Shown: positions 38,271 through 47,352 of the stretch, piece by piece
How positions within the stretch are numbered: position 1 is the stretch's first letter
Layout of the letters: each line of letters opens with the position of its first letter
Assembly (NCBI GenBank): GCA_964406535.1
Contig: CAYOSE010000003.1
Location: forward strand, 127 to 64,126
Reading direction: 5' to 3'
DNA length: 64,000 nucleotides
From: an uncultured Sphingomonadaceae bacterium
Lineage (GTDB): Bacteria; Pseudomonadota; Alphaproteobacteria; Sphingomonadales; Sphingomonadaceae
Position numbers and translations under genes: made by a program
The notes under the pieces: model-generated
Told to the model about the DNA's origin: nothing
The model's database searches: none
The model's input: only the letters and a program-made list of their open reading frames with translations

Positions 38271-39476
38271 TCAAACCGATAGGTTGTTAATGATGGCGCC
38301 GGGCGAGATTTCCTCTCCCGTCCGGCTCGATTCGAGCAGGGCCTCGCAGCAGGCCATGGTATCGACGCCCCAGCGTCCATTGTGAACCGGGGTAATTGCG
38401 CCGGTGATGGCGCCGACGAATTCGTCGATCACCTCGATACGCGGCAGGCGCGGCGGCGGGATGTCGATCACCCGCCGTTCGCTATTGCCATAGACCGTGA
38501 TCTCGGTCGGCGTCACCTTCAGGTCGGCCTTGTCGCAGCTGACGAGGAGGTAGCCGAAATGCTCGTGGTGCGGCGCGCGCGGCGGGCTGTCGGATTCGCT
38601 GCCCGGCCCGTAGGTGCGGCTGACCTTCGCGGCGATCTCGTCCTCGGGGGACATATCGGCCAGCTTGCGGCGAGCCGCGCCATAGGCCTCCGGATCCTTG
38701 TCGAAGCCCAGTTCGGAGATCCAGCCAACCAGCTCATCGACATCGTAATGGGCATAACCGCTATAGGTCATGGTGGCCCAGGGGCCGCCTTCGAAGGTCA
38801 TCAGGGCGGAGTAGGCCCCTTCGCTGGGCCGCTTCGGGTCCCAGTTCGCGGCGGTCGCCCGGATCGTGGAGACCGGCAGGCCGGCGATGCGCCGGACCAG
38901 GTCGATCTGGTGCGCCGCCTGGCTGTAGACCACGCCCCCGCCGCGCGACGTATCGAGTTCCTCCGGGCGGCGCGGGCGATACATGAAGTCGGTGAAGTTG
39001 AAGGTCGTGATCATCCGGAACGCGCCGAACTCGCCCGAGGCGACCAGTTCGGCGGCCTTCTGGATCGGCGCATCGAAGCCATGGCTAGGCCCGACGATGA
39101 TGATCTTGCCGGCTTCCTGCGCCGCCGCCTCCATGGCCATGCAGTCCTTCAGGCCGATCGCCATCGGCTTTTCGACCAGCACGTGCTTGCCGGCGCGCAC
39201 GGCGGCGATCGTCTGCTCGGCATGAATTTCATGCGGCGTGGCGATGTAGACCGCATCGATCTCATCGAGCGCCAGCAGCGATTCGAAACTGTCGCAGGCA
39301 ATGGCGTCGAACTGCTCGGCAAAGTGTTCGCGCGGTTCCGTCCGCAGGGAGAAGGCGGCGCGCAGCCGGACCGCCGGGTTGTCGCGCAATGCGGGCAGGG
39401 TCAGCATGAAGCCGCGGCCAAGCCCGACAATTCCCAGGTTCACAGCGCGCACTTTTACCCCTCCAGAGTCACTCAA
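38271..39476 (-). CDS. ophB: Phthalate 4,5-cis-dihydrodiol dehydrogenase (Gfo/Idh/MocA; OphB/Pht4-like)
   Basis: GIVGLGRGF, HVLVEKPMA, RPRRPEELDTSRGGGVVYSQAAHQID; located between the ophA2-like and ophC-like genes. Confidence 0.85.
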   Translation of the reverse strand: MSDSGGVKVRAVNLGIVGLGRGFMLTLPALRDNPAVRLRAAFSLRTEPREHFAEQFDAIACDSFESLLALDEIDAVYIATPHEIHAEQTIAAVRAGKHVLVEKPMAIGLKDCMAMEAAAQEAGKIIIVGPSHGFDAPIQKAAELVASGEFGAFRMITTFNFTDFMYRPRRPEELDTSRGGGVVYSQAAHQIDLVRRIAGLPVSTIRATAANWDPKRPSEGAYSALMTFEGGPWATMTYSGYAHYDVDELVGWISELGFDKDPEAYGAARRKLADMSPEDEIAAKVSRTYGPGSESDSPPRAPHHEHFGYLLVSCDKADLKVTPTEITVYGNSERRVIDIPPPRLPRIEVIDEFVGAITGAITPVHNGRWGVDTMACCEALLESSRTGEEISPGAIINNLSV

Positions 39477-39497
39477 CGGAAATCTTGCAATGGGCCC

Positions 39498-39515
39498 TAC
39501 TTCTATATAGAAGTA
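39498..39515. promoter_or_regulatory. Perfect 18-bp palindrome, candidate MarR operator
   Basis: TACTTCTATATAGAAGTA in the 138-bp divergent ophB/ophA2 intergenic region. Confidence 0.65.
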
Positions 39516-39614
39516 ATGGCAACCGATAGGGACGTATTCGCTCGCGAAGGCACTTTCGACAAGAGCGGAGCGCTCCTATATAACTGCAAGAAACTTGCGA
39601 ATTAGGAGTTGGCG

Positions 39615-40949
39615 ATGACACCCGAACAAAACGACCTGCTGTGCCGCGTGGAAGGCGATGCCCCGATGGGCACCTTGATGCGTCAGCATTGGATGCCTGC
39701 GTGCATGATCGAGGACGTGGCCGAACCGGACGGCACGCCGCGCCGCATTCGTCTGCTGGGCGAGAACATGGTCGTGTTCCGCGACAGCGAGGGCAAGGTG
39801 GGCGCGCTTGAGGAAATGTGCCCGCACCGCCGCGCCTCGCTGGTGTTCGGTCGCAATGAGGAATGCGGCCTGCGCTGCCTCTATCACGGCTGGAAGTTCG
39901 ACGTGAACGGCAATGTCGTCGACATGTCGTCGGAGCCCGAAGGCTCGCACATGAACAACAAGATCAAGGCCCGCGCCTTCCCGGTGATCGAATCGGCCGG
40001 GTTCGTGTGGGTGTGGATGGGCGATCCGGACAACGTGGCCGAATTCAATGCGCCGCAATGGTCGTCGGCGCCCGACCACAAGATCGCGATCGTCAAGATG
40101 CACGGTGCCTGCAACTGGGCGCAGATTCTCGAAGGGTCGATCGATTCCTCGCACAGCTCCAGCCTGCATTCGAGCAACATGCCGACCGCCGATGTGGAAG
40201 GTTCGACCGCGCGCGATGGCGCCTGGCTGCGCCCCTCGGCTGACAAGTCGCCGCGCATCGAGGTCGAGAAGGCGCCGTTCGGTTTCCGCTACGCCGCAAT
40301 TCGCAAGCCGATCAAGGACGCCGACAAGCAGGACTATGTCCGCACGACGCTGTTCATCGCGCCCTATACCGTCGTCATTCCCTCGAATGACCAGTATCAC
40401 CTGAGCCAGATGCTCGTGCCGATCGATGACGTGAACACGATGTTCTACTGGGTCGCGTGGCATCCGGACGAGGACAAGGGCATCTCCACCGACGACTGGC
40501 GCAAGTTCTGCGGTGCCGAGATCGGCAAGGATGTCGAGCCGGTGACCTACAAGAAGGTCCGCAACTACGATAATTACTACCTGCAGGATCGCGCAGGGAT
40601 GAAGGCCGGCGACTTTACCGGCATTTACGGCATCCCGGCGCAGGACATGGCGATGTGGGAATCGATGGGCCAGATCGCCGATCGCAGCGAGGACAACCTC
40701 GGCACCAGCGACAAGGCGATCTTCACTTTCCGCACGATGATGTATCGCGCGGCGCAGGCTGTCCAGAAGGGCGAGCCGGCGATCGGCACGGCCCCCGGTA
40801 CGGTGCTGCCGCACGCCACGCTGAGGTCCTACCAGGGCATGATCCCCAAGGGCGAAGACTGGAAGGAATACAACATCTCCGATGAGGAGCGCGCCATGCG
40901 CGAGGCGAAGGCCAAGTCGTCCAGCACGGTGAGCGAGCCGGCTGAATGA
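39615..40949 (+). CDS. ophA2: Phthalate 4,5-dioxygenase oxygenase subunit (Rieske; OphA2/Pht3-like)
   Basis: LLCRVEGDAPMG, CPHRRASL...LRCLYHGWK Rieske motif, NWAQILEGSIDSSHSSSLH, WLRPSADKSPR, QDMAMW; AGGAG RBS before ATG 39615. Confidence 0.9.
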   Translation: MTPEQNDLLCRVEGDAPMGTLMRQHWMPACMIEDVAEPDGTPRRIRLLGENMVVFRDSEGKVGALEEMCPHRRASLVFGRNEECGLRCLYHGWKFDVNGNVVDMSSEPEGSHMNNKIKARAFPVIESAGFVWVWMGDPDNVAEFNAPQWSSAPDHKIAIVKMHGACNWAQILEGSIDSSHSSSLHSSNMPTADVEGSTARDGAWLRPSADKSPRIEVEKAPFGFRYAAIRKPIKDADKQDYVRTTLFIAPYTVVIPSNDQYHLSQMLVPIDDVNTMFYWVAWHPDEDKGISTDDWRKFCGAEIGKDVEPVTYKKVRNYDNYYLQDRAGMKAGDFTGIYGIPAQDMAMWESMGQIADRSEDNLGTSDKAIFTFRTMMYRAAQAVQKGEPAIGTAPGTVLPHATLRSYQGMIPKGEDWKEYNISDEERAMREAKAKSSSTVSEPAE

Positions 40950-41812
40950 CGACCAGCCGCAGCCCCGTAGCGGGCCTTGATGCGGCGGCTCTGGAAGTGT
41001 TCCTGGCGTCCGCCCTTGCCGAGGATCTCGGTGAGGGCGGCGACGTCACCAGTGCCGTCACCGTTCCCGACGATGCCCGCCTTGAAGCCGAGATCGCCAC
41101 CCGCGGTCCGATCGTGCTGGCGGGTATCGAACTGGCCGAAGCCTTCTTCCGCAGGCTTGACCCGGATGTCCGGATCGAGCGGCTGGAAGAAGATGGCGCG
41201 CGGCTCGACGCCGGAACGCCGGTCATGCGCCTCGCGGGTCATGGCCGCTCTATGCTGTCGGCCGAGCGCTCGGCGCTCAACACGCTGCAGCACCTGACCG
41301 GCATTGCCACGCTCACGCGGACCTATACCGATGCGATCGAAGGTACGGGGTGCACGCTGCTCGATACGCGCAAGACCATTCCCGGCCTGCGCGTGCTCGA
41401 GAAGTACGCCTCGCATGTCGGCGGCGCGACCAACCACCGCATGCGGCTCGATGACGGGATCCTGATCAAGGACAACCACATCGCGGTCGTCGGCTCGCTG
41501 GAGGCAACGGTGCGCGGCGCCGTCGAGGCCAATACCGGGCTTGAGGTTCAGGTCGAGGTCGACCGGATCGACCAGATCGAACCGGCGCTGTCTGCCGGGG
41601 CGCATCGCCTGCTGTGCGACAATATGGGGCCGGAGCTGCTGCGTGAAGCAGTCGCGCTGGTGGCCGGACGGGTGCCGATCGAGGCTTCGGGCGGTGTCCG
41701 GCTCGACACGATCCGCGAGATTGCCGAGACGGGCGTCGACTTCGTTTCCGTCGGGCGCATCACGCAAAGCGCACCGGCTGCCGATATCGGCCTGGACTAC
41801 GCGCAGGCCTGA
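40946..41812 (+). CDS. nadC: Quinolinate phosphoribosyltransferase (OphE-like NadC paralog)
   Basis: 288 aa; LAEDLGEGGDVTS, AERSALN, DTRKTIPGLR, HRMRLDDGILIKDNH, EVEV, EASGGV; ATGA overlap with ophA2. Confidence 0.93.
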   Translation: MTTSRSPVAGLDAAALEVFLASALAEDLGEGGDVTSAVTVPDDARLEAEIATRGPIVLAGIELAEAFFRRLDPDVRIERLEEDGARLDAGTPVMRLAGHGRSMLSAERSALNTLQHLTGIATLTRTYTDAIEGTGCTLLDTRKTIPGLRVLEKYASHVGGATNHRMRLDDGILIKDNHIAVVGSLEATVRGAVEANTGLEVQVEVDRIDQIEPALSAGAHRLLCDNMGPELLREAVALVAGRVPIEASGGVRLDTIREIAETGVDFVSVGRITQSAPAADIGLDYAQA

Positions 41813-42013
41813 TCAGACTCACACCAAGGGTGGGCTTGCGGAATGCAGGTCTGCCTTTGCTTTGTCTTTGGGGCTGCATCCTTGCAGCCCATGGCTGCAA
41901 GGATGCTACTTGCCTGCATTTTCTCGCCTGCCAAAAGGCATCAGTAAGGGGATGGTGCGACAAGTTCGTGGCCAATCCTTCCGGGCACAGACGAACCGAA
42001 ACGGGGAGAGCTA

Positions 42014-42775
42014 ATGGATATCAACGGACTGGCAGCAATCGTTACTGGCGGGGCGTCCGGCCTTGGCGGGGCGACGGCGGCGCATCTGGCTTCGCTGGGC
42101 GCGAAGGTGACCATTTTCGATCTCAATGCGGAGCAGGGCGCAGCCCATGCCGAGGCAATCGGCGGCCGGTTCGCGGCGGTGGACGTCACCGATGAGGCCG
42201 CCGTAGCCGAGGCGCTGGAGGCAGCCGCCGCCGCGCATGGCGAGGCGCGGATCCTCGTCAACTGCGCGGGCATTGCTCCGCCCGCCAAGGTGCTCGACCG
42301 CGAAGGCAAGGCGCTGCCCGTGGCGGGGTTCAGCAAGATCGTGTCGATCAACCTCGTCGGTACCTTCACGATGATCGCGAAATTCGCCGAGCGCATCAAT
42401 GCCGCCGACCCGGTCGGCGAGGAGCGCGGCGTGATCATCAACACCGCCAGTGTCGCGGCGTTCGAAGGGCAGATCGGCCAATCCGCCTATGCGGCGTCGA
42501 AGGGCGGCGTGGTCAGCATGTCGCTGCCGATTGCCCGTGAATTTGCCCGTTACGGCATTCGTGTGATGACTATCGCGCCGGGCATCTTCCTGACGCCGAT
42601 GCTCGAATCGCTGCCGCAAGAAGCGCAGGACTCGCTCGGCAAGCAGGTGCCGTTCCCCAGCCGCCTCGGCAAGCCGCAGGAATATGCCAGGCTGGTCGAG
42701 AGCATCGTGACCAATCCGATGCTCAACGGCGATGTCATCCGGCTCGACGGCGCCATTCGCATGGCCCCGAAATAG
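42014..42775 (+). CDS. SDR, 3-hydroxyacyl-CoA dehydrogenase type II-like
   Basis: VTGGASGLG, NCAG, ERGVIINTASVAAFEGQIGQSAYAASKGG, NPMLNGDVIRLDGAIRM. Confidence 0.9.
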   Translation: MDINGLAAIVTGGASGLGGATAAHLASLGAKVTIFDLNAEQGAAHAEAIGGRFAAVDVTDEAAVAEALEAAAAAHGEARILVNCAGIAPPAKVLDREGKALPVAGFSKIVSINLVGTFTMIAKFAERINAADPVGEERGVIINTASVAAFEGQIGQSAYAASKGGVVSMSLPIAREFARYGIRVMTIAPGIFLTPMLESLPQEAQDSLGKQVPFPSRLGKPQEYARLVESIVTNPMLNGDVIRLDGAIRMAPK

Positions 42776-42845
42776 GGCATAAGGGTATCTAACGCGGCCT
42801 GAGCATGGCTGGTAGCGTGCCTAGAAGACTTCAGGAGATGGATAG

Positions 42846-43634
42846 ATGAGCGAAGAGCCGGTTCTGTTTTCGATCGACGGCGCGGTTGCCACGGTGACGC
42901 TCAATCGTGCCAAGGCGGGCAATGCAATCGACCTGCCGCTTGCCCAGGCCCTGCTGCGGGTGGCTGCGCGGTGCCAGGCCGACCCGGCGATCCGCTGCGT
43001 CGTCCTGACGGGCAATGGCAAGCTGTTCTGCGGTGGCGGCGACGTTGCCAGCTTTGCCGCGGCGGGCGAGGAGGCCTCGGCCTTCATCAGCGAACTGGCC
43101 GGTACGCTGCACCTCGCCATGTCGCGCTTCCTGCAAATGCCGAAGCCGTTCGTGGTGCTGGTAAACGGACCGGCGGCCGGGGCTGGCCTCGGCCTGGCCG
43201 TTTCCGGCGATATTGTGATCGCCGCCCGTTCGGCGCAGTTCAGCTCCGCCTATGGCCAGGTCGGCCTCACGCCGGATGGCGGAGCCTCGTGGCTGCTGCC
43301 GCGCCTGATCGGGCTGCGCCGCGCGCAGGAGGTGCTGATCGGCAATCGCAGTCTCTCTGCCGAGGAAGGTGCGGAGATGGGCCTCGTCACCCGCGTGGTC
43401 GACGATGAGGAGCTGACCGAAGCGGGGCAACAGCAGGCCGCGAAGCTGGCGCGCGCGCCCAATGTCGCCTTGGGGCGGACGCGTATGCTGATGCTCGAAG
43501 GGGCGAGCGATTCCTTCGAGAGCCATCTCGAACGCGAAACGCGCTCTATCGCGGCGGCAGCTGGCAGCAAGGATGGTCGCGAAGGCGTGGCGGCCTTTCT
43601 TGAACGCCGCAAGCCAGTCTTTACTGGCGAATAA
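42846..43634 (+). CDS. Enoyl-CoA hydratase/isomerase family protein
   Basis: VTLNRAKAGNAI, FCGGGDV, VNGPAAGAG, GLTPDGG, EGVAAFLERRKPVF. Confidence 0.92.
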   Translation: MSEEPVLFSIDGAVATVTLNRAKAGNAIDLPLAQALLRVAARCQADPAIRCVVLTGNGKLFCGGGDVASFAAAGEEASAFISELAGTLHLAMSRFLQMPKPFVVLVNGPAAGAGLGLAVSGDIVIAARSAQFSSAYGQVGLTPDGGASWLLPRLIGLRRAQEVLIGNRSLSAEEGAEMGLVTRVVDDEELTEAGQQQAAKLARAPNVALGRTRMLMLEGASDSFESHLERETRSIAAAAGSKDGREGVAAFLERRKPVFTGE

Positions 43635-43858
43635 GCGCCGCATTCGCGCGGCGCAGCCGGGAAGATGCGGGCTGAAAGCGGAGAACTTATCGCGATGCCC
43701 GGCATTTAAGGCGCTCCTTCCGCCCGGCACAAACCAATTGGGAAAGCGTCACTGGACGAATAGCATCGTCCAGCATATCTTTACGCCTTCGGGACATCCC
43801 GAAAGTGACCGAGTTGCACGTTCGGTTGCGGTAAGATTTTCGCCTAGCAATCCTTGGA

Positions 43859-44473
43859 ATGCCGGTCATGAATGCGACAACCACAGCTCGACGAGGCCGT
43901 CCGCGTAGTTTCGACCGCGACGCTGCGCTGTGCAAAGCCATGCGGCTGTTCTGGGCCAATGGCTATGAAGGTACGTCGATGAACCAGCTGGTCGATGCCA
44001 TGGGCATCGGCTCGCCCAGCATCTATGCCGCCTACGGTTCCAAGGAAGAGCTGTTCCGCGAAGCTGTCGATCTCTATCTGGCCACGCAAATCGATCCGGC
44101 GTGGCAGAAGCTGGAGGCCATCGATGACGCGCAAGAGGCCGTTCGGGCGATGTTTGCCAGCAGGCTCGACTTGCTGGCCGATAGCGAAGCCGCGCCCGGT
44201 TGCCTGATCATGCTTGGCGCCGGGCATCTGGGCTGCGGTGATGAAACCGTGCGCGCTTTCCTGCGCGAGCAAAGGATGCGGTATCGCGATAGACTCGTTA
44301 AGCGCCTGCGCCGAGGGGTGGCAGAAGGCGACATTGCTTCCGATCGCGATCCGGAAATTCTCGCCGACTGCATTCTGGCCTTCTCAGCCGGTATGGCCAT
44401 CAAGTCGACCGACGGTGCGCCGCTCGCCGAGATCGCCGATTCCACCGAACATTTCTGTCGCCAGATTTTCTAG
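43859..44473 (+). CDS. TetR/AcrR family regulator
   Basis: RGRPRSFDRDAAL...FWANGYEGTSMNQLVDAMGIGSPSIYAAYGSKEELF. Confidence 0.92.
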   Translation: MPVMNATTTARRGRPRSFDRDAALCKAMRLFWANGYEGTSMNQLVDAMGIGSPSIYAAYGSKEELFREAVDLYLATQIDPAWQKLEAIDDAQEAVRAMFASRLDLLADSEAAPGCLIMLGAGHLGCGDETVRAFLREQRMRYRDRLVKRLRRGVAEGDIASDRDPEILADCILAFSAGMAIKSTDGAPLAEIADSTEHFCRQIF

Positions 44474-44567
44474 CCACCGCGCTTTTTTGTAGTGCTCGAC
44501 AGAAAAGTATTGCGCTCCCCATTTTGCCTATTTATGTGATGCCCAGCACAAAATATTCTTAGTGCTT

Positions 44568-44588
44568 GGGTGAGGGTGAGGGTGAGGG
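44568..44588 (+). repeat. (GGGTGA)3GGG tandem repeat, canonical G-quadruplex motif
   Basis: GGG-TGA-GGG-TGA-GGG-TGA-GGG in the intergenic region upstream of the TonB receptor. Confidence 0.7.
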
Positions 44589-44724
44589 CGGAAAGTTCCA
44601 TTCCCTGGGGTGGTGCGCGAACAAAACTTGTGCACCTGCGAAAATCGGCGTTCTGCTGACGCATCCAGATACCCCGATCACCTGCAACAGACTGAGCGAG
44701 ATATCGCCAGAGGGAGAGTGGGGA

Positions 44725-47190
44725 ATGCGAAAGAAAATCCAGTTTATCGGTGGAAGTGTTGTGGCCCTTGGTTGTGCCATCGCCTCCATCCCTGCTGCCG
44801 CTCAGTCGAGCGACGACGTGACCCAGGCGGCACCGACCAACGACAACTTCATCATCGTCACTGCCCGCAAGAAGGCTGAAAGCGACCTCAATGTCCCGAT
44901 CGCCATCAGGGCATTCGGCGAGGACCAGCTGCAGCGGCAGGGCATCCAGTCACTTTACGACGTCGCGGCGACAACGCCCTCACTGAACATTTCGGCATCG
45001 GCGAGCGACGGCGGCGGCGCGATTACCTTGCGCGGCATCGGGACGCCGACGGCCGGGTCCGGTCCGGACCAGGCTGTCGCCATCAATCTGGACGGCACGA
45101 CGATGTCGGACGGCGTTTCCGTGCGCCTGGGCCAGTTCGACATGGCGCAGATCGAAATCTTGCAGGGCCCGCAGTCGCTCTATTACGGCAAGAACTCGTC
45201 GGGCGGCATCATCTCGATCACGACCGCCGATCCGACCGATGCGCCCTATGCCATGCTGCGGGCGGGCTACGGCTTTCAGGCGCGTGAAATGCTGACTGAG
45301 GCCGTTGTCGCCGGGCCAATCACCGATACGCTGGGCGCGCGTCTGGCGTTCTATCGCTCGAACATGCAGGGCTATTTCAAGAACCCGTTGAACTCCCGCT
45401 ATGCAATGGGGGTTCCGACGCCAACGCAGCTCGCCCTGTTCGGCCCGCTGCCTTCGGCCGTCAGTGCGCGGGCCCCGAACGAGACCGTGACCGCCCTGCG
45501 CGGCACGTTGAAGTTCGAGCCGACCGAGGCGCTGACCGTTCGGCTCAAGGGGCACTGGCTGCAGCAACGCGGGCTGGACTCCTTCTCCTCCGGTCAGAAG
45601 TTCAACTGTCCGGCGGGTGTGCCCGCTCCGGCCAGCCTCGCGAATGTTGCCGGCATCGAGGATTGCGAGATCAACAAGTACTCCGCCGCCGTTGGTCGGA
45701 ACACCACCTCTGTCGAGGGTGGCGCAGCGTCCTATCGGGACGGCACGCCCTATGCGGAGCTGGACATGTTCCTCATCTCGGGGTCGATCGATTACGAGCT
45801 GTCCGATGCCTTCCTGCTCAGCTCGAACAGCAGCTATTACGAGACCAAGCTGCGTGAAGGCGACGTGCAGACGCATTCGCCCTATCCGCTGCTCGGCTCG
45901 ACCGTCCGCAACGTGCGGACCGACTTCCAGCAGGAACTGCGGGTGACGAGCGACCTTGATTCGCCGCTGAACGGGATGGCGGGCGTGTATTTCCAGGATG
46001 GGACCTATAGCGCGCATCCCGAAGCCCATCTGGCGGTGCTCGGAGCCTTGCCGACGCCTTACTACTACGTCGATTCGCGCACCTATGCCGTGTTCGGCCA
46101 GCTGACGCTCGACCTGCTCGACGACAAGCTGCAGCTGTCAGCCGGTGGCCGCTATTCGGACGAGAAACGGACGCTGGAAGCCGACCTGCTGGGCATGGCG
46201 GTTGAGGACGTCTTCGCCTCCAAGGAAGTGAACTCGTCGAGCTTCTCGCCTGAGGTGACGGTCAGTTTCCGGCCCAATAACCGGACCAATTTCTTCGTTA
46301 CCTACAAGAAGGGCGTGAAATCGGGCGGCTTCGCCATCGTCTCGGTCCTGCCGCCGGACATCACCGACTTCGACCTGTCGTTTAGGGACGAGGTTGCCGA
46401 AGGCATCGAAGGCGGCGTGAAGACCGTGGTGTTCGACGACCAGCTGCGCTTCGACCTGACGGCTTATCGCTACGACTACAGCGACTTCCAGGTGACGGTG
46501 TTCGACCCGACCACCTCGACCACCGGCGTTCGCAATGCGGCGGAGGTCCGTACCTGGGGCGTGCAGCTCAACACCAACTTCGCCCCGGATAGCGTGCCTG
46601 GCCTCAATATCGGCGCCTCGGTGAACTACGGCAATGCCCGCTTCCGCGAGTATCTGGCCAATTGCTACACCGGCCAGACGCAGGCGGACGGCTGTATCTA
46701 CCGACTCGACGGCACCGTGGTCGATCCGGTCGCTGATCCGACCGAGCGGGCCTTCAACCAGGACCTGTCGGGCCGGCCGCTCAGCGCCGCGCCGGACTGG
46801 ACGGGCAACATCAACGCCAATTACGACTTCGACATTTCCGGGGGCGGGACGCGTCTGGGCCTGTCGGCCAGCGCCACCTACCAGGACAAGTATGAGGTGC
46901 TGTACAACCAGCCGCCGGGCTCGCAGCAGTCGAAGGCCGTGAACGTTGATGCGACGCTCCGCCTGTTCAACGACGATGACGGTTGGGAACTGGCGCTGAT
47001 CGGCAAGAACCTGACCGACCAGTTGCGCGTACGCTGGGGGGCGGAGGTGTTCTCCGCACCGGGCCTGACGGTCGATCCGCTGACGGGGGTATCGTCGGGC
47101 GATGGCATCCGCTCGGACAATCTCGGTTTCACCAATGCGCCGCGGACCATCATGCTGCGGCTCACCTTCAAGCCGTTCGGCGATAACTGA
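44725..47190 (+). CDS. TonB-dependent receptor
   Basis: ~821 aa from ATG 44725; signal peptide, IIVTARKK box, IEILQGPQSLYYGKNSSGG plug motif, C-terminal NAPRTIMLRLTFKPF. Confidence 0.95.
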   Translation: MRKKIQFIGGSVVALGCAIASIPAAAQSSDDVTQAAPTNDNFIIVTARKKAESDLNVPIAIRAFGEDQLQRQGIQSLYDVAATTPSLNISASASDGGGAITLRGIGTPTAGSGPDQAVAINLDGTTMSDGVSVRLGQFDMAQIEILQGPQSLYYGKNSSGGIISITTADPTDAPYAMLRAGYGFQAREMLTEAVVAGPITDTLGARLAFYRSNMQGYFKNPLNSRYAMGVPTPTQLALFGPLPSAVSARAPNETVTALRGTLKFEPTEALTVRLKGHWLQQRGLDSFSSGQKFNCPAGVPAPASLANVAGIEDCEINKYSAAVGRNTTSVEGGAASYRDGTPYAELDMFLISGSIDYELSDAFLLSSNSSYYETKLREGDVQTHSPYPLLGSTVRNVRTDFQQELRVTSDLDSPLNGMAGVYFQDGTYSAHPEAHLAVLGALPTPYYYVDSRTYAVFGQLTLDLLDDKLQLSAGGRYSDEKRTLEADLLGMAVEDVFASKEVNSSSFSPEVTVSFRPNNRTNFFVTYKKGVKSGGFAIVSVLPPDITDFDLSFRDEVAEGIEGGVKTVVFDDQLRFDLTAYRYDYSDFQVTVFDPTTSTTGVRNAAEVRTWGVQLNTNFAPDSVPGLNIGASVNYGNARFREYLANCYTGQTQADGCIYRLDGTVVDPVADPTERAFNQDLSGRPLSAAPDWTGNINANYDFDISGGGTRLGLSASATYQDKYEVLYNQPPGSQQSKAVNVDATLRLFNDDDGWELALIGKNLTDQLRVRWGAEVFSAPGLTVDPLTGVSSGDGIRSDNLGFTNAPRTIMLRLTFKPFGDN

Positions 47191-47197
47191 GCAAAGG

Positions 47198-47266
47198 GGG
47201 CTTCCGGTGACCTGTCATCCCCGTATCACCGGAAGCCCATTGCCCTCGTGGGCTAACGCGAGGGCA
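47198..47266 (+). other. Tandem intergenic hairpins after the TonB receptor
   Basis: GGGCTTCCGGTGA (47198-47210)/TCACCGGAAGCCC (47226-47238) 13-bp stem, then TGCCCTCG/CGAGGGCA; no U-tract. Confidence 0.55.
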
Positions 47267-47352
47267 CCTTCCAGGGTCTCCATCCGGCCTGCCGCTGAAC
47301 TGGCGGGCCGTTGGAGCCCCCAATTTGCGAATTCGAGCAAGAGGACACAGCA

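Noticed and set aside
47198-47266. Rho-independent terminator after the TonB receptor
   Set aside because: Strong stems but no U-tract, and the downstream genes are co-oriented; more likely a stabilising or processing structure
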